A DNA stretch of 64,000 nt from an uncultured delta proteobacterium (GCA_963823335.1 CAWGLD010000001.1:736001-800000), one strand, 5' to 3'. Numbered from the stretch's first letter, positions 42,803-54,405 are shown. Made by a program: numbers and translations. Notes: generated from the letters alone by a model not told the origin.

Positions 42803-43711
42803 ATGCACACAAAACATAAAAAAGAAAACCCTTCTTCTTTACAGCTATCCCTGCTTGTGGACACCACCGACCCCTATAAGGTCCTGGAAGAAGTTAAAAT
42901 CATTTTTCTGAAGATGTTCAACACTGAAGATGTTACACTTCTGTCCGCTGTCTTTGAAGATGTTGTTGCCTTGTTTTCCGGAACATTTCAAGGGTTTAAA
43001 CCCTCTGACACACCCTATCACAACCTCAGGCATACCACGGATGTCTTTCTTGCCATGGCACGGCTCATTCACGGCGCCCATATTGAGGGCGTGGTTTTAA
43101 GTGCGATGGATGCCAGTATGGGACTGGCCGCCGCACTCATGCACGACGTCGGTTATATTCAAAAATATTCGGAGAATTACGACAGCAGTGCCAAACTGGC
43201 ACCGGCGCATGTAGACCGCAGCATCGAATTCATGGCTCACCTCCTGACACACAAAGGTTATCCACAAGACAGCATCCTGCAGTGTGAACAAGCCATTTTG
43301 TGCACCGATTTAGAGAGACCCCTTACCACCATACCCTTTACGTCACCATCCGGTGAACTGATCGGGAAAATGCTGGCATCTGCCGACCTGCTGGCACAAA
43401 CATCCGACAGGACATATCTTGAAAAACTGCCGCTTTTGTATCGTGAATTCAAAGAAGCCGGTACTGGAAATTATGACTGCGAACTCGATCTCATCGAAGA
43501 CGCGACCCAGTTTAATCGCCGGATGAACGAGCGTCTAACCACTCAGTTGGACCGTGTAAACCGTTTTTATCAGAATCATTTCAGGATTCGCTGGAATATC
43601 GATGCGGATCTTTACCAGGTTGCCATCGAGCGGGCCATGACCTACCTTGCCCACATGTTGGAATCCGATGCCGAAAGTTATAAGTCCCATCTCAGACGAG
43701 CCCTAACCTGA
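42803..43711 (+). CDS. HD-domain phosphohydrolase with class I phosphodiesterase-like motif
   Basis: PYHNLRHT...ALMHDVG...H...ADLL. Confidence 0.85.
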   Translation: MHTKHKKENPSSLQLSLLVDTTDPYKVLEEVKIIFLKMFNTEDVTLLSAVFEDVVALFSGTFQGFKPSDTPYHNLRHTTDVFLAMARLIHGAHIEGVVLSAMDASMGLAAALMHDVGYIQKYSENYDSSAKLAPAHVDRSIEFMAHLLTHKGYPQDSILQCEQAILCTDLERPLTTIPFTSPSGELIGKMLASADLLAQTSDRTYLEKLPLLYREFKEAGTGNYDCELDLIEDATQFNRRMNERLTTQLDRVNRFYQNHFRIRWNIDADLYQVAIERAMTYLAHMLESDAESYKSHLRRALT

Positions 43712-43948
43712 ACATTTATGTTCGTGATATATTCGGGGTTAGAGATACCGGGTTAATATTTTCCGCTGAGCTTTTATTTTTTCGGACAATTTATATGAAA
43801 ATAGTTTAAAATCTTTCATCCCTGCGCCGGCGGGGTCACGGAATCAAGCTTTGGCTTTCCAGAAAATCACCGGATTCGGATCACTCCGGAATGGACTGGT
43901 TTGATTATTGGTCAACCGGCTAACAAGTGTGGGGATTTATTTACTAAA

Positions 43949-44095
43949 TAGTGTCCGTCCAGAAATGAGGATTTTTGCGTGAGATCAAGGCGGACGACAG
44001 ATTTAACCCGGAGTAATAGCGTGCTATTTTGAGGAGTTAAATCCTGGCGCCCAACGCCGATATCGCGGAAAAAGACCATTTGTGGATGGGCACTA
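43949..44095. mobile_element. MITE, ~146 bp, overlapping the SpoIIE stop codon
   Basis: TIRs TAGTGTCCGTCCAGAAAT / ATTTGTGGATGGGCACTA. Confidence 0.8.
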
Positions 44096-46238
44096 AGTGG
44101 ATACACCCAGCACAATGATGGTCAAGTCATCATGCTGGGCCACGTTGCCTGCGAAGGCGTTGACGCTATCGACGATTTGATTGAGAAGCGATTCCGGATC
44201 CATATCGCCTGCATGCTGCATGATCTCCATCAACCGCTCGAACCCGAACATCTCTTCTTTGGCATTCATGGCCTCAACAATGCCGTCCGTGTAAAATATA
44301 ATTTTGTCCCCCGGCTGGAATTGAATATTTGTTTCCTGATAATCCGCATCGTCCAGAATTCCCAGGGGAAAGCTGTCACCTTCCGTCTCCACCAGGATGG
44401 CTTCACCGGTTTCTGCCACGTAATGGACCGGCTGGGTCTGCCCGGCACTGCACAGCGTCAGGATCTTCTTTTTGATATCCAAACTGGCAAACAGGAGGGC
44501 CACAAACATACCGCTTCGGATGTCCTTTTTCAAGCGCTTGTTGGCCTGGATCATGATGTTGCTCACTGACAGATCCTGTTCCGAGAGCATGCGGAATACA
44601 CTTCTCGAAGCCGACATCACCAGGGCGCCGGTCACGCTTTTTCCGGTGACGTCGCCGATGACCAGCCCCAGCTTGTCCTCGCCGGCTCTCGATGAAATCA
44701 AAGAAGTCGCCGCCCACTTCCCGGGCCTGCGTCGATTTGGCCGCAATCTGATATCCCTCGATTTCAGGGCACTCGCCCGGCATCATGCTCTCCTGAAGGC
44801 CGCCGGCGCTGGTGAGGTCCTCCTCCATGCGCTGCTTGACCAGAAACTCCTTGAAGAGCCAGGCGTACTTGATGCCCGTCGAACCCAGAAAGGCCAGGGG
44901 CGCCTGCAGCACCAGGGGAATGATGATGGGATACCACAGGTGAAAAAATTTGAACTGCAAAACGGAACTGATGAAATACAGAACACTCAACCCGACAACC
45001 CAGGAAGCGCTGACCAACACCGGGTACAGGCGGCAGACAATCCCCAGACCGGTTCCCCACAGGAGAATAAACACAACATAAACCCACGTGTTGATGGGCC
45101 GGACAGGTTTGTTTTCGATGATATTTGCAAATGCTGTGGCTGCGATCTCCACCCCGCTGATAAAAACACCGTTGGCCTGGGAATAGACGGTGTAGAAGCT
45201 GTCTTTTCTCTCCGCCAGCAGCACCTCGGAAAGACCCACGAACACGGCTTTGCCTGTCAGGTCGATATCGGGAGCACCCTGGCTGTCCTGGCCCAGTTGA
45301 AGGGCCCGGTGGTAGGGGATGGTGGTGATGGTGCGCGGGGGACCGTAATAGTTGATATATTGGCGGTTGTCGCCGCCGTACATTTGAATCAGCGATTGGA
45401 TCATGCCACTCTTTTTTTCATCGGACGCAAGAATGGTGGATTGCGCCAGGGCTGTCATCATTCGTTTTTCGACCTGGGGCTCGGTTTGGAAAATTCCCCT
45501 GATATTGCTGATCAGCCGCTTCACCCCATTGTTTTTCATAACGGCCCCGATATCCCCAGGCAGTTTGGGAGCCCACTCCGGGCTTGCCTTTTTAAGCAGG
45601 TCAAGAAAGGATTCATAGGCTGAAGCGGTATAAAGCTGAAACACCACCACCGGCAGGGTGGGCGAATCGCCGGCGCCGGTCTTGAAAGCCCAGTACTGGT
45701 TGACCTTGAAGGGGATTCTGGGCAGGGCAAAGGGGGCGGTTTCAACACAGGCATCGGCAAAAAGCGCCAGGGGTTTGACCCGTTTTTCAATACTGTGAAC
45801 CGCTGAAGGTTTGCCACTCTTATCGGAGAGGGGGATCTCTTTGGCGATCATGGGCTCGCAGAGGACCACGTTGCCGGCTGTGGCCAGTGCATCGGCAAAC
45901 AGGTTGTCATCCTCGGGGACCCGTGGCTCGATAAAGTGAACGTCAAAGGCCACTACCTCCGCACCGGCATCGGCCAATATCGGTGCCAAACGAGCGTGAA
46001 TGGAGCGGGGCCACTTGTCGGGGTTGTTTGGCAAGCCCAGTTCGTCCGAAGACTCCTTGTCAATGCTGACCACCACCACGTCGGGCGGGGCTTTCCGCTG
46101 ACCCCGCAGCTTGAACAGCAAGCCAAGCCCCGAATTTTCGTCGAGCCTGGAAATTGTCTGGGAAAACCCGCCCAGCAGTCCCAATATTCCGATGAGCAGA
46201 CCAAAGAGAATCGCTTTCACCAGACGGCGGGATGGCAT
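44093..46238 (-). pseudogene. CHASE2 sensor + TM helices + SpoIIE/PP2C phosphatase, frameshifted near 44688
   Basis: CHASE2 WPRS.HA, INYYGP, GVEI.A; GGDFFDF in one frame continues as IGDVTGK, YTDGIVEA, HDDLT in another. Confidence 0.85.
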
Positions 46239-46438
46239 CTACTTCCTCCGGAGCAGTCGTCGTTATCAACATCAAGTTTTATTTGCGTATGAATTAAGTA
46301 TAGAATGAAGGGTCTTTAGGTGTCAACATCCCAATGCCATTAACTTAATGATGTAGCGCAGAGCTTTAGCTCTGCTCATGCCAAGTCTTGGCATGTCTAA
46401 AGACCTGCGCTACAATATATAAACCAGTTTACTAATAC

Positions 46439-47516
46439 GGGACGTTCGTGCAGAACATTCACAACTCTAAATCGATGTCATCGATATCCGGCATTGGTCC
46501 TGCCGATATCAAGCGTGTCACACAAGAGTTGCCAACACCAAGATATCTCGCAACATCAGCACCGGAATAGCCGAGTTCTCTGACACCAATCCATGACATG
46601 GCACGCCTGGCTTGCACAACTGCCCTTCTTCGGCCTCCTGACCGAAGTTCACCAATAGAAACATTGTACTTTTCAGCCACTTTTTCGGCAAGCGCTTTCA
46701 TATCTATGCGCTGCCCGGAAAGCCTTAAGTTCTTTTTTACAAGATCATCGAGACCCGATATGACCTGTTTGACAAAATCTCCATCACCCAGTATGCGCTG
46801 GTCAGCCACCTCTTTTGCACCACGCCTGCGCATAGCGAGAACCGCAGACCAGCCGCCCATGCTCCGTATTAACCCTCCGCCCACCAATTCCGGCCTGCGG
46901 CCTTGATCAACACCTTCTTTTACGTATTGCAGATAATTCTTTCTCGAATTGCCGGATCTATTGAAAAAAGACAGCACATACTCCGTGTTCTGCCACTTCC
47001 TCTTAATTTTACCCGTAAGTGCTGAGTGACCCGACCAGGGATTTCGATTCAGCGCCTTCATATCTTTCACAAGACCCGCCCGCAAAAGATTCAGGTGAAT
47101 ATATCGAACCAGCTCCTTGAGATAAACATCCTCCTGGCAAACAATGGATTTGTAGCGGTTTTGAAATAAATGCCCGTATCTCTTATGACGCCTGTTAAAA
47201 TTTACGACATAGCCGGTAAGCAATCTGCGCATGCTATCGGCCAACGGTAAATTTTTTGTCTTACAAAGCAGATGAAAATGATTCGGCATCAACACCCAGG
47301 CATAGATTTCCATCGCTCCATCTATCGCCAGTGATGCCAGGCGGTCTATGAAATCATTGCGATCCATATCGCTATAAAATATTTTTTTTCGCTCGATGCC
47401 CCGGCCCATTACATGGTGCAACACGCCTGGCGCATCCAATCTTGCTAATCTCGGCATATTATGATATGTCCCATATTGAACATCATTCTTCAAGCACTTT
47501 CTGCACGAACGTCCCC
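46439..47516 (-). mobile_element. Element with 17-bp terminal inverted repeats encoding a Y1/HUH transposase
   Basis: GGGACGTTCGTGCAGAA at 46439-46455, inverted copy at 47499-47515. Confidence 0.85.
46459..47457 (-). CDS. Y1 (IS200/RAYT-like) HUH transposase with C-terminal HTH
   Basis: MPRLARLD, HHVMGRG, MPNHFHLL, GHLFQNRYKS, VRYIHLN; C-terminal DnaA_C-like HTH. Confidence 0.9.
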   Translation of the reverse strand: MPRLARLDAPGVLHHVMGRGIERKKIFYSDMDRNDFIDRLASLAIDGAMEIYAWVLMPNHFHLLCKTKNLPLADSMRRLLTGYVVNFNRRHKRYGHLFQNRYKSIVCQEDVYLKELVRYIHLNLLRAGLVKDMKALNRNPWSGHSALTGKIKRKWQNTEYVLSFFNRSGNSRKNYLQYVKEGVDQGRRPELVGGGLIRSMGGWSAVLAMRRRGAKEVADQRILGDGDFVKQVISGLDDLVKKNLRLSGQRIDMKALAEKVAEKYNVSIGELRSGGRRRAVVQARRAMSWIGVRELGYSGADVARYLGVGNSCVTRLISAGPMPDIDDIDLEL

Positions 47517-48611
47517 TTTTGAATCTTTGACTCTGGAAAGCAGGTGAATGTTCGGCATCAACACCCAGGCATAGATTTCCATCGCTCCATCTATAGCCAG
47601 TGATGCCAAGCGGTCTATGAAATCATTGCGATCCATATCGTTATAAAATATTTTTTTTCGCTCGATGCCCCGGCCCATTACATGGTGCAATACGCCAGGC
47701 ACATCCAATCTTGCTAATCTCGGCATAGTATGTATGTCCCATATTGAACATCATTCTTCAAGCACTTTCTGCACGAACGTCCCCTTATACTTCAATCTTG
47801 CTAATCTCGGCATATTAGGTATGTCTCATATCAAACATCATTCTTAAAGCACTTTCTGCACGAACGTCCCCTTTTACGGTGAGCAATCTGCGCATGATAG
47901 CGGCCAAAGGTAACATTTTTGTCTTGCAAAGCAGATGAAAATGATTCGGCATCAACACCCAGGCATAGATTTCCATCGCGCCTTCTATAGCCAATGATGA
48001 CAGACGGTCTATAAAATCATTGCGATCGTTATCGCTATAGAATATTTTTTTTCGCTCGATGCCCCGACCCATTACATGGTGCAACACGCCCGGCGCATCC
48101 AATCTCGCTAATCTCGGCATATTATGAGTGTCCCATATTGAGCATCAACCGTCAAGCACGTTCTGCACGAACGTCCCCTTAAACCTGACGCCAGGCGCAT
48201 CCAATCTCGCTAATCTCGGCATATCATGTAGTTCTCATTCTAAATATCGACCGTCAAGCACGTTTTGCACGAACGTCCCCTTCTTTTCCCATTACATGGT
48301 GCAACACGCCAGGCGCATCCAATCTTGCTAATCTCGGCATAGTATGGTTGTTTCATTTTGAATATCATTCGTCAAGCACGTTCTGCACGAACGTCCCCTT
48401 TTTTTCACACCGCGCCTTCTATGGCCAGTGATGCCAGGCGATCTATGAAATCACTGCGATCCATATCGCTGTAAAATATTTTTTTTGCTCGATGCCCCGG
48501 CCCATTACATGGTGCAAAACGCCTGGCGCATCCAATCTGGCTAATCTCGGCATATCATGTAGGTCTCATTCTAAATATCAACCGTCAAGCACGTTCTGCA
48601 CGAACGTCCCC
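47517..48611 (-). repeat. Tandem array of six 3'-truncated copies of the transposase element's 5' end
   Basis: Units 47517-47784, 47785-47871, 47872-48178, 48179-48280, 48281-48398, 48399-48611; each starts GGGGACGTTCGTGCA on the minus strand and includes ATGCCGAGATTAGC. Confidence 0.92.
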
Positions 48612-48702
48612 TTCTACACGTCCTCTTTTAATTATAGAATGTCCCCTTTAGTGGCATAAGGAGGTAGTAATCTCCTCTTTTATTTCGCCTCCTTTAATTT
48701 CT

Positions 48703-48744
48703 AAAAAAATACACAGGTAGGACCGGGAACGAGCCCTACCTGTG
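48703..48744 (-). terminator. Intrinsic terminator
   Basis: CACAGGTAGG...CCTACCTGTG followed by TATTTTTTT on the minus strand. Confidence 0.8.
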
Positions 48745-48754
48745 CGGCCTCCCA

Positions 48755-49378
48755 TTAATACGGCGCTGTAATTTCGCAGAATGTGTCGGGAGTTTTTTTA
48801 TACCATCCACATTCTTGTTCAGTTTCGCAATCGTATGCGGTCCCATAGTTATCAAGTGTACAAGGTCCACCTATAACGGCCGTTCTATCATTTACCTCAT
48901 TGTCATCATCCATCTCAGAGAATCCTTCTATCAGTACATACATCTCAACAACGGTAATATCTAACATCGTCCACCCTGGATTTGGAGGGTCACCAATATC
49001 AGGTCCTATGAAACTTTTAAGGTATTCTTCATCAAAACAAATTTCCATCATGTATTTCCCATTTTTTGTAATAGGATCACTTAGCGGCTCTCCCTCCAAT
49101 GTAGCTGTAACATCGACATAAAAGGGTACTCCTATTCCTCCGGGTTGACCACCAGGATTTTGATAATGTACCAGCACTTTATCAATATAAAGTGTAACGG
49201 TCACATCTGTAGGCGTTACGTCATAGTTTGCAACCTGTTTCCATTCTGTCCAAACGCATACCGAACCTGGCCAAGCACCCCATCCTCCTATTATAGCGGG
49301 GTATGCATTTGCGTTTGTCCCAAGTAGTGTTAAAAGGCTAATGCACAGTATAACCATCATCAAAAATTTTTTAAACAT
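48755..49378 (-). CDS. AT-rich secreted hypothetical protein, Cys-containing
   Basis: RBS AAGGAGG before ATG 49378; signal peptide MFKKFLMMVILC...ANA. Confidence 0.75.
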   Translation of the reverse strand: MFKKFLMMVILCISLLTLLGTNANAYPAIIGGWGAWPGSVCVWTEWKQVANYDVTPTDVTVTLYIDKVLVHYQNPGGQPGGIGVPFYVDVTATLEGEPLSDPITKNGKYMMEICFDEEYLKSFIGPDIGDPPNPGWTMLDITVVEMYVLIEGFSEMDDDNEVNDRTAVIGGPCTLDNYGTAYDCETEQECGWYKKTPDTFCEITAPY

Positions 49379-49535
49379 GGCTTCCTCCTTTTTTGTTTGA
49401 ATATTTATTACCCACATTTTAATCCACCGTAGCTTGTGGCAGGTAGCTTCAATCCTTCAATTTTTTCCTCCGGCAACTCAATCTTTACCGCTATTTGCTA
49501 TATACCTTGTATGACACTATTTGAATTTATGAGTT

Positions 49536-52500
49536 TCAGGGAAGCGCCAACGTAATCTTACCAAAAATGGTCCTTTCAGGCTGGATTCTGGGATTGTCAA
49601 CATCTGTTTCAGCATAGTTGAATCCTTTGTCAAACAAATTGGTAACCCCTATTTTCAGGAAACCATAGCGCTTCGGTAAGCGGTAACTGACGGCGGCATC
49701 CGTCACCCAAAAAGTATCATTGCCCTTTTCAAACTCAAGTGTCTCTTTTCTTACAAACTCACCATCTTGATCATAATAGGTTGTTGTCAGCCCAACACTC
49801 AATCCGGATGGGTGGAAAAAGTTAACCCCTAACGGGACAGAATGCGTTTCCACATCCCTTATACCTTGGCTGTATTTATCCGTCCTATCAAATTTCTCAT
49901 ACATATATTCCGCATGGAGTGCCAACCACTGGTGAGGGGTCCAGTAAGCATAAGCACGGCCCACATATTCTTCCCAGTCAGTCTCCAAGAACTTAAAAGG
50001 ATCATCCGGTGACTTTTGTCCAAAATAAGGCGTTTCCAGGTCCCTGTAGAAAAATTCCACTCCCCCGTATATACTTTTAGAGAATTTCTGATCCGCAGCT
50101 GCGCCATAGACCCATGCCTTCGTTGCATTGATATCATCAAAAAATTGATTGAAACCAGCTACTTGTGTTGGTTCAAGTGTTTGGTCTGTAATCAGTGTTC
50201 TTTTCAGAACTCTGAATACAGCACCACGGATTGTTGTCTTTGACAGGATTCCAGATGACCCCAAATTTGGGGTTGAATTGATCTTCATCTAATCCGTTGT
50301 TATATCGCTTTCACTGTCGAAGAAGTCACCACTTGCTCCAATGGTAAGAGTCAAATTTTCTATGGGCTTGTAATTGGAATAAAGATAGACGTTGGTGTGA
50401 TCCACATTCTCGTCAATTTTTTCAGGAAAAGAACCAATAAAAACAGGTGGTTCTACAATAGGAAAAGAAAGATCCTCTCTAAGTATCAAGATCCTACGAT
50501 CTATAGCGAAATATCCACCACCGATAATGATATTTACGTATTTCGAGCGGAAAAGGTACTGCAACTCGCCACTGTACGTCCTCATCATCACTATAGGAAA
50601 AATCTTTCAAAAGCGGAGGCGGCGGTGGGCCTCTATGATTTGTGGGTCAAAAAGAAACAGGTTTATGAGTCCCATCCTTCATTGTACATAAAATTTCCAA
50701 TGAAATTAGACTCCGGTGAAAAGGAATGACGAAATCCAATTCGAAATGATTTATTCTATCCTCGTTGTAATAATCTTGTGAGGCAATATTGTCATCAGAA
50801 AAGAAGCTCAAGATCACCTCTTTCGGTATCTCTGTACCTGTATTCACCCTGAATGCTGGTTTTGTAGGTAAGTTCTACTGCGCAAATACATTGCGCAATC
50901 TTGTCTTCCTGGTCAGTGTTTTTTCGCCACCCGTCTGTTTCAAAATGGGTGTAACCGGCACTCATAGACAATTTACCATAGATGCCGGAAACAATGCCCT
51001 CGCCGCCCCATGTGTCGTCTTCACCGACCATGCCGCTGGCCTGCAGGGCAATCCGGTCCCGGTTGAACATCGGGTTGAACTCGTTAAAGGATGAGGCCGC
51101 CCTCTGGAGCTGATGAGAAATAGGTTGCTTTCCGCCAAGCTCGGCTGGATCGGCGTCATGTTGCTGGGCTGCAGCAGTTGGGATTGCAGCAGTTCGCTGA
51201 CCCGGGCGATCTCGTGACGGGGCAGGGCCGAATAGGAGTCGGACAGAAACCGGTGGGCAGAATGGTTGCTGGGATCGGTGTTGACCGAGTTGTAGCCTTC
51301 CACCAGGCCACGCTGCTGAAACCCCAGGTCGCTGTAAATTCTGGCCAGACTGGCACTGCGTGCGGCCAGGTCTGAATCGAGCAGCAGTTTTGATCGGTAG
51401 ACCGCCCGGTTGTCGTTGAGCTCAATGGCTTTCTGCAGGTCCTGCAGGGCCTCCACCGGCCGGTTGAGGGTCTGCTTGCGAATGGCATCGTAAAACCAGG
51501 GCGTGGGGTCGTTGGGGTCCAGTTCCTTGGCGGCGGCATATTCGCGCCCGTCCAGCTTGTCGTTCTTTTCTTCAAAGTAGGCCTTGCCCAGATAACTGCG
51601 GATCATGGAATTGTTGGGGTCGAGACCGGCGGCGATTTCCAGGTCTCTGCGGCCTTCCGCCAGATCACCATCCCGGATCTTTGCCAGGCCCTGCCCCATG
51701 CGCGGGAGCGGATCCGCCTGGTCGAGCTCTATGGCCTTTTCAAAGGCTTTTTTGGCCTCTGTTGTCTTGACCTGGGTCAGGTAGGCATAACCCAGCACGG
51801 TTTGCGTTCTGGACAAATTCGGGTCCAGGGCCGCCGCTTTTTCGGCCGCATCCAGGGCTTTGTCCAGCGCACCGAAGGACATGTGGATTTCCGCCAGTCT
51901 GGCCCAGGCCAGGGCATTGTCCGGCGTCTGCTTCACCGCTTCCTCGAGGGTGGTCCTGGCGCCTTCGAGATCGAACTCCGCCTGCTGGGCATAGGAGAGG
52001 GCCACCTGGGCGGTGGCGGATTCCGGGTCGGCCTCTACGGCCTTCTGGGCCAGGGTGAGTCCTTTGGCCTTGTCGTTGTGCACCAGGGCGATGATGGACT
52101 GCAGGGCCATGGCATCACTGTTGTTCGGATCTATACGCAGGATTCGGTCTATATCGCTGCTGGCTTCATCCACACGGCCCACCGCGAGTCGGGAGGAAGC
52201 CCGGGCTGCCAGATAGCCCGTGTCGAATGAATCGCTGGCCGTTATTTTTTCCGGCGACACACCTAAAACCGGTGGATAATACAAGGCCCACCGGACCGCA
52301 TCCCTTGGACTGGCAACAACACGCGCCACAGGCGCCTGCCCGGCTTTGGCGGCGGCCGAATGCCCGCTGCCTATGCCCAGGCTTCCGGCGTCGTTGAATG
52401 CGAGAACCCTTCCCTCAAACACGGAAATAAAGGTTTCATCGCTTCCCACCCTGACGAAGAACTCCGTCCCTTCAACACCTGCGTTTACAAAGGCCGTGTT

Positions 52501-52887
52501 CACCAAAATACTTCGCGGGGCCCGGCTGAAAAAATGGGCTGCGCCTTGGATCAGCTCGACGAGAAAGGTTCGCTCTTCTTGGACGCCACCGAGGGTGATC
52601 GTGCTGTTCTGGTCTAGACGGAGGATGGGCTGATTAACGAGGGACAGCTCTGCCCTGCTGTTTTCCAGCACCCGGATGGTGTCACCCGCACAAAAGGTGC
52701 TGTTTAAAGTGACCGGCATCCACAGCGGTTCATCCGACCTTTTGGATTCGACATCTCCTTCCACCGAAACCGCTTTTGCCACCCACTGCTCACAGGTTTC
52801 TGCAAAGGAAACACTGGCCATTAGGAATACGACCAAAAAGCCAATGCACATTTCATTAAACCCAATAAATTGCCATGGTCTCTTCAT
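49536..52887 (-). pseudogene. FecR-domain + TPR + TonB-dependent-receptor-like beta-barrel protein, broken by several frameshifts
   Basis: FecR LRLDQNS, AGVEGTEF; TPRs; RHEIARVSELLQSQLLQP; further fragments in other frames ending GVTNLFD...GKITLALP. Confidence 0.8.
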
Positions 52888-53280
52888 CGCCTACCTCCGA
52901 CTTCGTTTTATTGTAATGAACAGACAATACACCAGCCACAGGTATTCATGATGAACTACCCGGGACAGGTATCCTGAACACTACCCATTCAATATGTAAA
53001 ATCAGTTAGGTCTTTGATCAGAAACTAAAGGAACAAATTATATAAACTCTTTTGCTTCAGCGTTTGAAGATCCTCGCAGCTAGCTACGGGGAATGTGCTC
53101 GCTTTTTCGGTTCAAAAGAGAATATTAGTCGGTACCATCTTGAGACGTGTTGCCATATATAGCGGATCTTTAATTCGTTTTAAAATTAACTTAAAACGGG
53201 ACGCAAAATTCATACACAGCTTGACTTTTTCAGCAATTCATTTCTTGTGCATTATCAGCAAGCACGTTATTTCATAAAGG

Positions 53281-53802
53281 TTATAATATTTTCTCCAGCT
53301 CTTCCCTTGAATGAACCAGGGTTTTGTCAAATTCCTGCCAGAATGGACGGTCTTTTTCCCGCCATCCTTTTCCAAATGTTTGGTCGAAATCCGGTTTCAA
53401 TCGCGAGAACCAGTTTTCTTTTTTCTTTTTTTCAATCGCCGGTGCATCGATCAACTCCACAAGAAAGGATTCGATATCGATCATGCGGTCTTTGGGGAGA
53501 TAGGCCCGGGCCCCTTTGTTGATGGACACGATCAGGTTTTCCGGTGAGAGGGCGTGGGCGGTGAGCATCAGGGCAGGGATGTTTTTCCGGTTGGCGATCT
53601 CCAGGAGCTTGTACCCGTCGACACCCATGATGTCGAACACGGCGGCATCATAACTGTTTTTTGACAGGTGTTTTTCAGCGGATTCAAAGGTAGTGGCTGT
53701 GTCGATGCGGCACATGTCCAGAATGTCTGCCAGGGTTTCCAGGACATCCGTTTCATCATCCACGACCAGGAGCCTTTTTCCGTCCAATACGTTTTTGCTC
53801 AT
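53281..53802 (-). CDS. Single-domain response regulator with C-terminal extension
   Basis: LVVDDE, FDIMGVDG, LTAHA, YLPK. Confidence 0.9.
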   Translation of the reverse strand: MSKNVLDGKRLLVVDDETDVLETLADILDMCRIDTATTFESAEKHLSKNSYDAAVFDIMGVDGYKLLEIANRKNIPALMLTAHALSPENLIVSINKGARAYLPKDRMIDIESFLVELIDAPAIEKKKKENWFSRLKPDFDQTFGKGWREKDRPFWQEFDKTLVHSREELEKIL

Positions 53803-54047
53803 GCTACTCTCCTGTTTAACGCCACTATAAACCTATTGCCATATCGACAAAGTGACAAGCCCCAATTTTTACCCATAAATACCGTATGGTATCTGGGTGT
53901 TTTACAGATTAAAGGAATGTTGTCTTTTTTGGTGGGACACTATCTGATGGAACGCCAGTGATTGAAGACCCTCGCACCAAGCTACGGTGAATGCGCTCGC
54001 TTTTTTTCGGTTCAGCACGTGAAAACAGCAGCAGATTTCTGGATGGA

Positions 54048-54398
54048 TCATTTGGACATAGCAGCGATGGCGCTTTCAACATCATTGTGAATATTGGCAA
54101 ATTTGGTGATGCCCACCATGTTGAATATTTTTTTAAAATGCTCGGACAGACCCGTAATGCTGATCTGTTGATTGTTCTTTTTGGTTTGAGCTAGAATCTG
54201 GATCAGGACGGCAATGCCGCCGCTGTTGATATAGGCGCCTTCTTCAAGATTGAGTAATATTTTTTCGGTTCCCTGGTCATTGGCATCTTTGTAGGCTTGA
54301 TTGAGAAACGGCTCGGAAAAGGAAGTGACATCTCCCTGTATCTTCAAAATGACAACCGACCCGTATTTTTCGAGTACTATTTCATTCTTGTTTTGCAT
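54048..54398 (-). CDS. STAS-domain anti-sigma factor antagonist (RsbV/SpoIIAA-like)
   Basis: YINSGGIAVL phospho-Ser motif; KIFNMVG. Confidence 0.92.
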   Translation of the reverse strand: MQNKNEIVLEKYGSVVILKIQGDVTSFSEPFLNQAYKDANDQGTEKILLNLEEGAYINSGGIAVLIQILAQTKKNNQQISITGLSEHFKKIFNMVGITKFANIHNDVESAIAAMSK

Positions 54399-54405
54399 AT
54401 TCAGC

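Noticed and set aside
44680-44700. Programmed frameshift in the CHASE2-SpoIIE gene
   Set aside because: No slippery heptamer or homopolymer at the junction; a simple indel is more likely
47499-48611. CRISPR array
   Set aside because: Intervals are 87-307 bp, homologous to one another and to the transposase gene; no cas genes in the window
53170-53225. c-di-GMP-I (GEMM) riboswitch suggested by GGGACGCAAA
   Set aside because: No GGCAAAC/GAAA P2 elements or recognisable P3, and no downstream plus-strand gene
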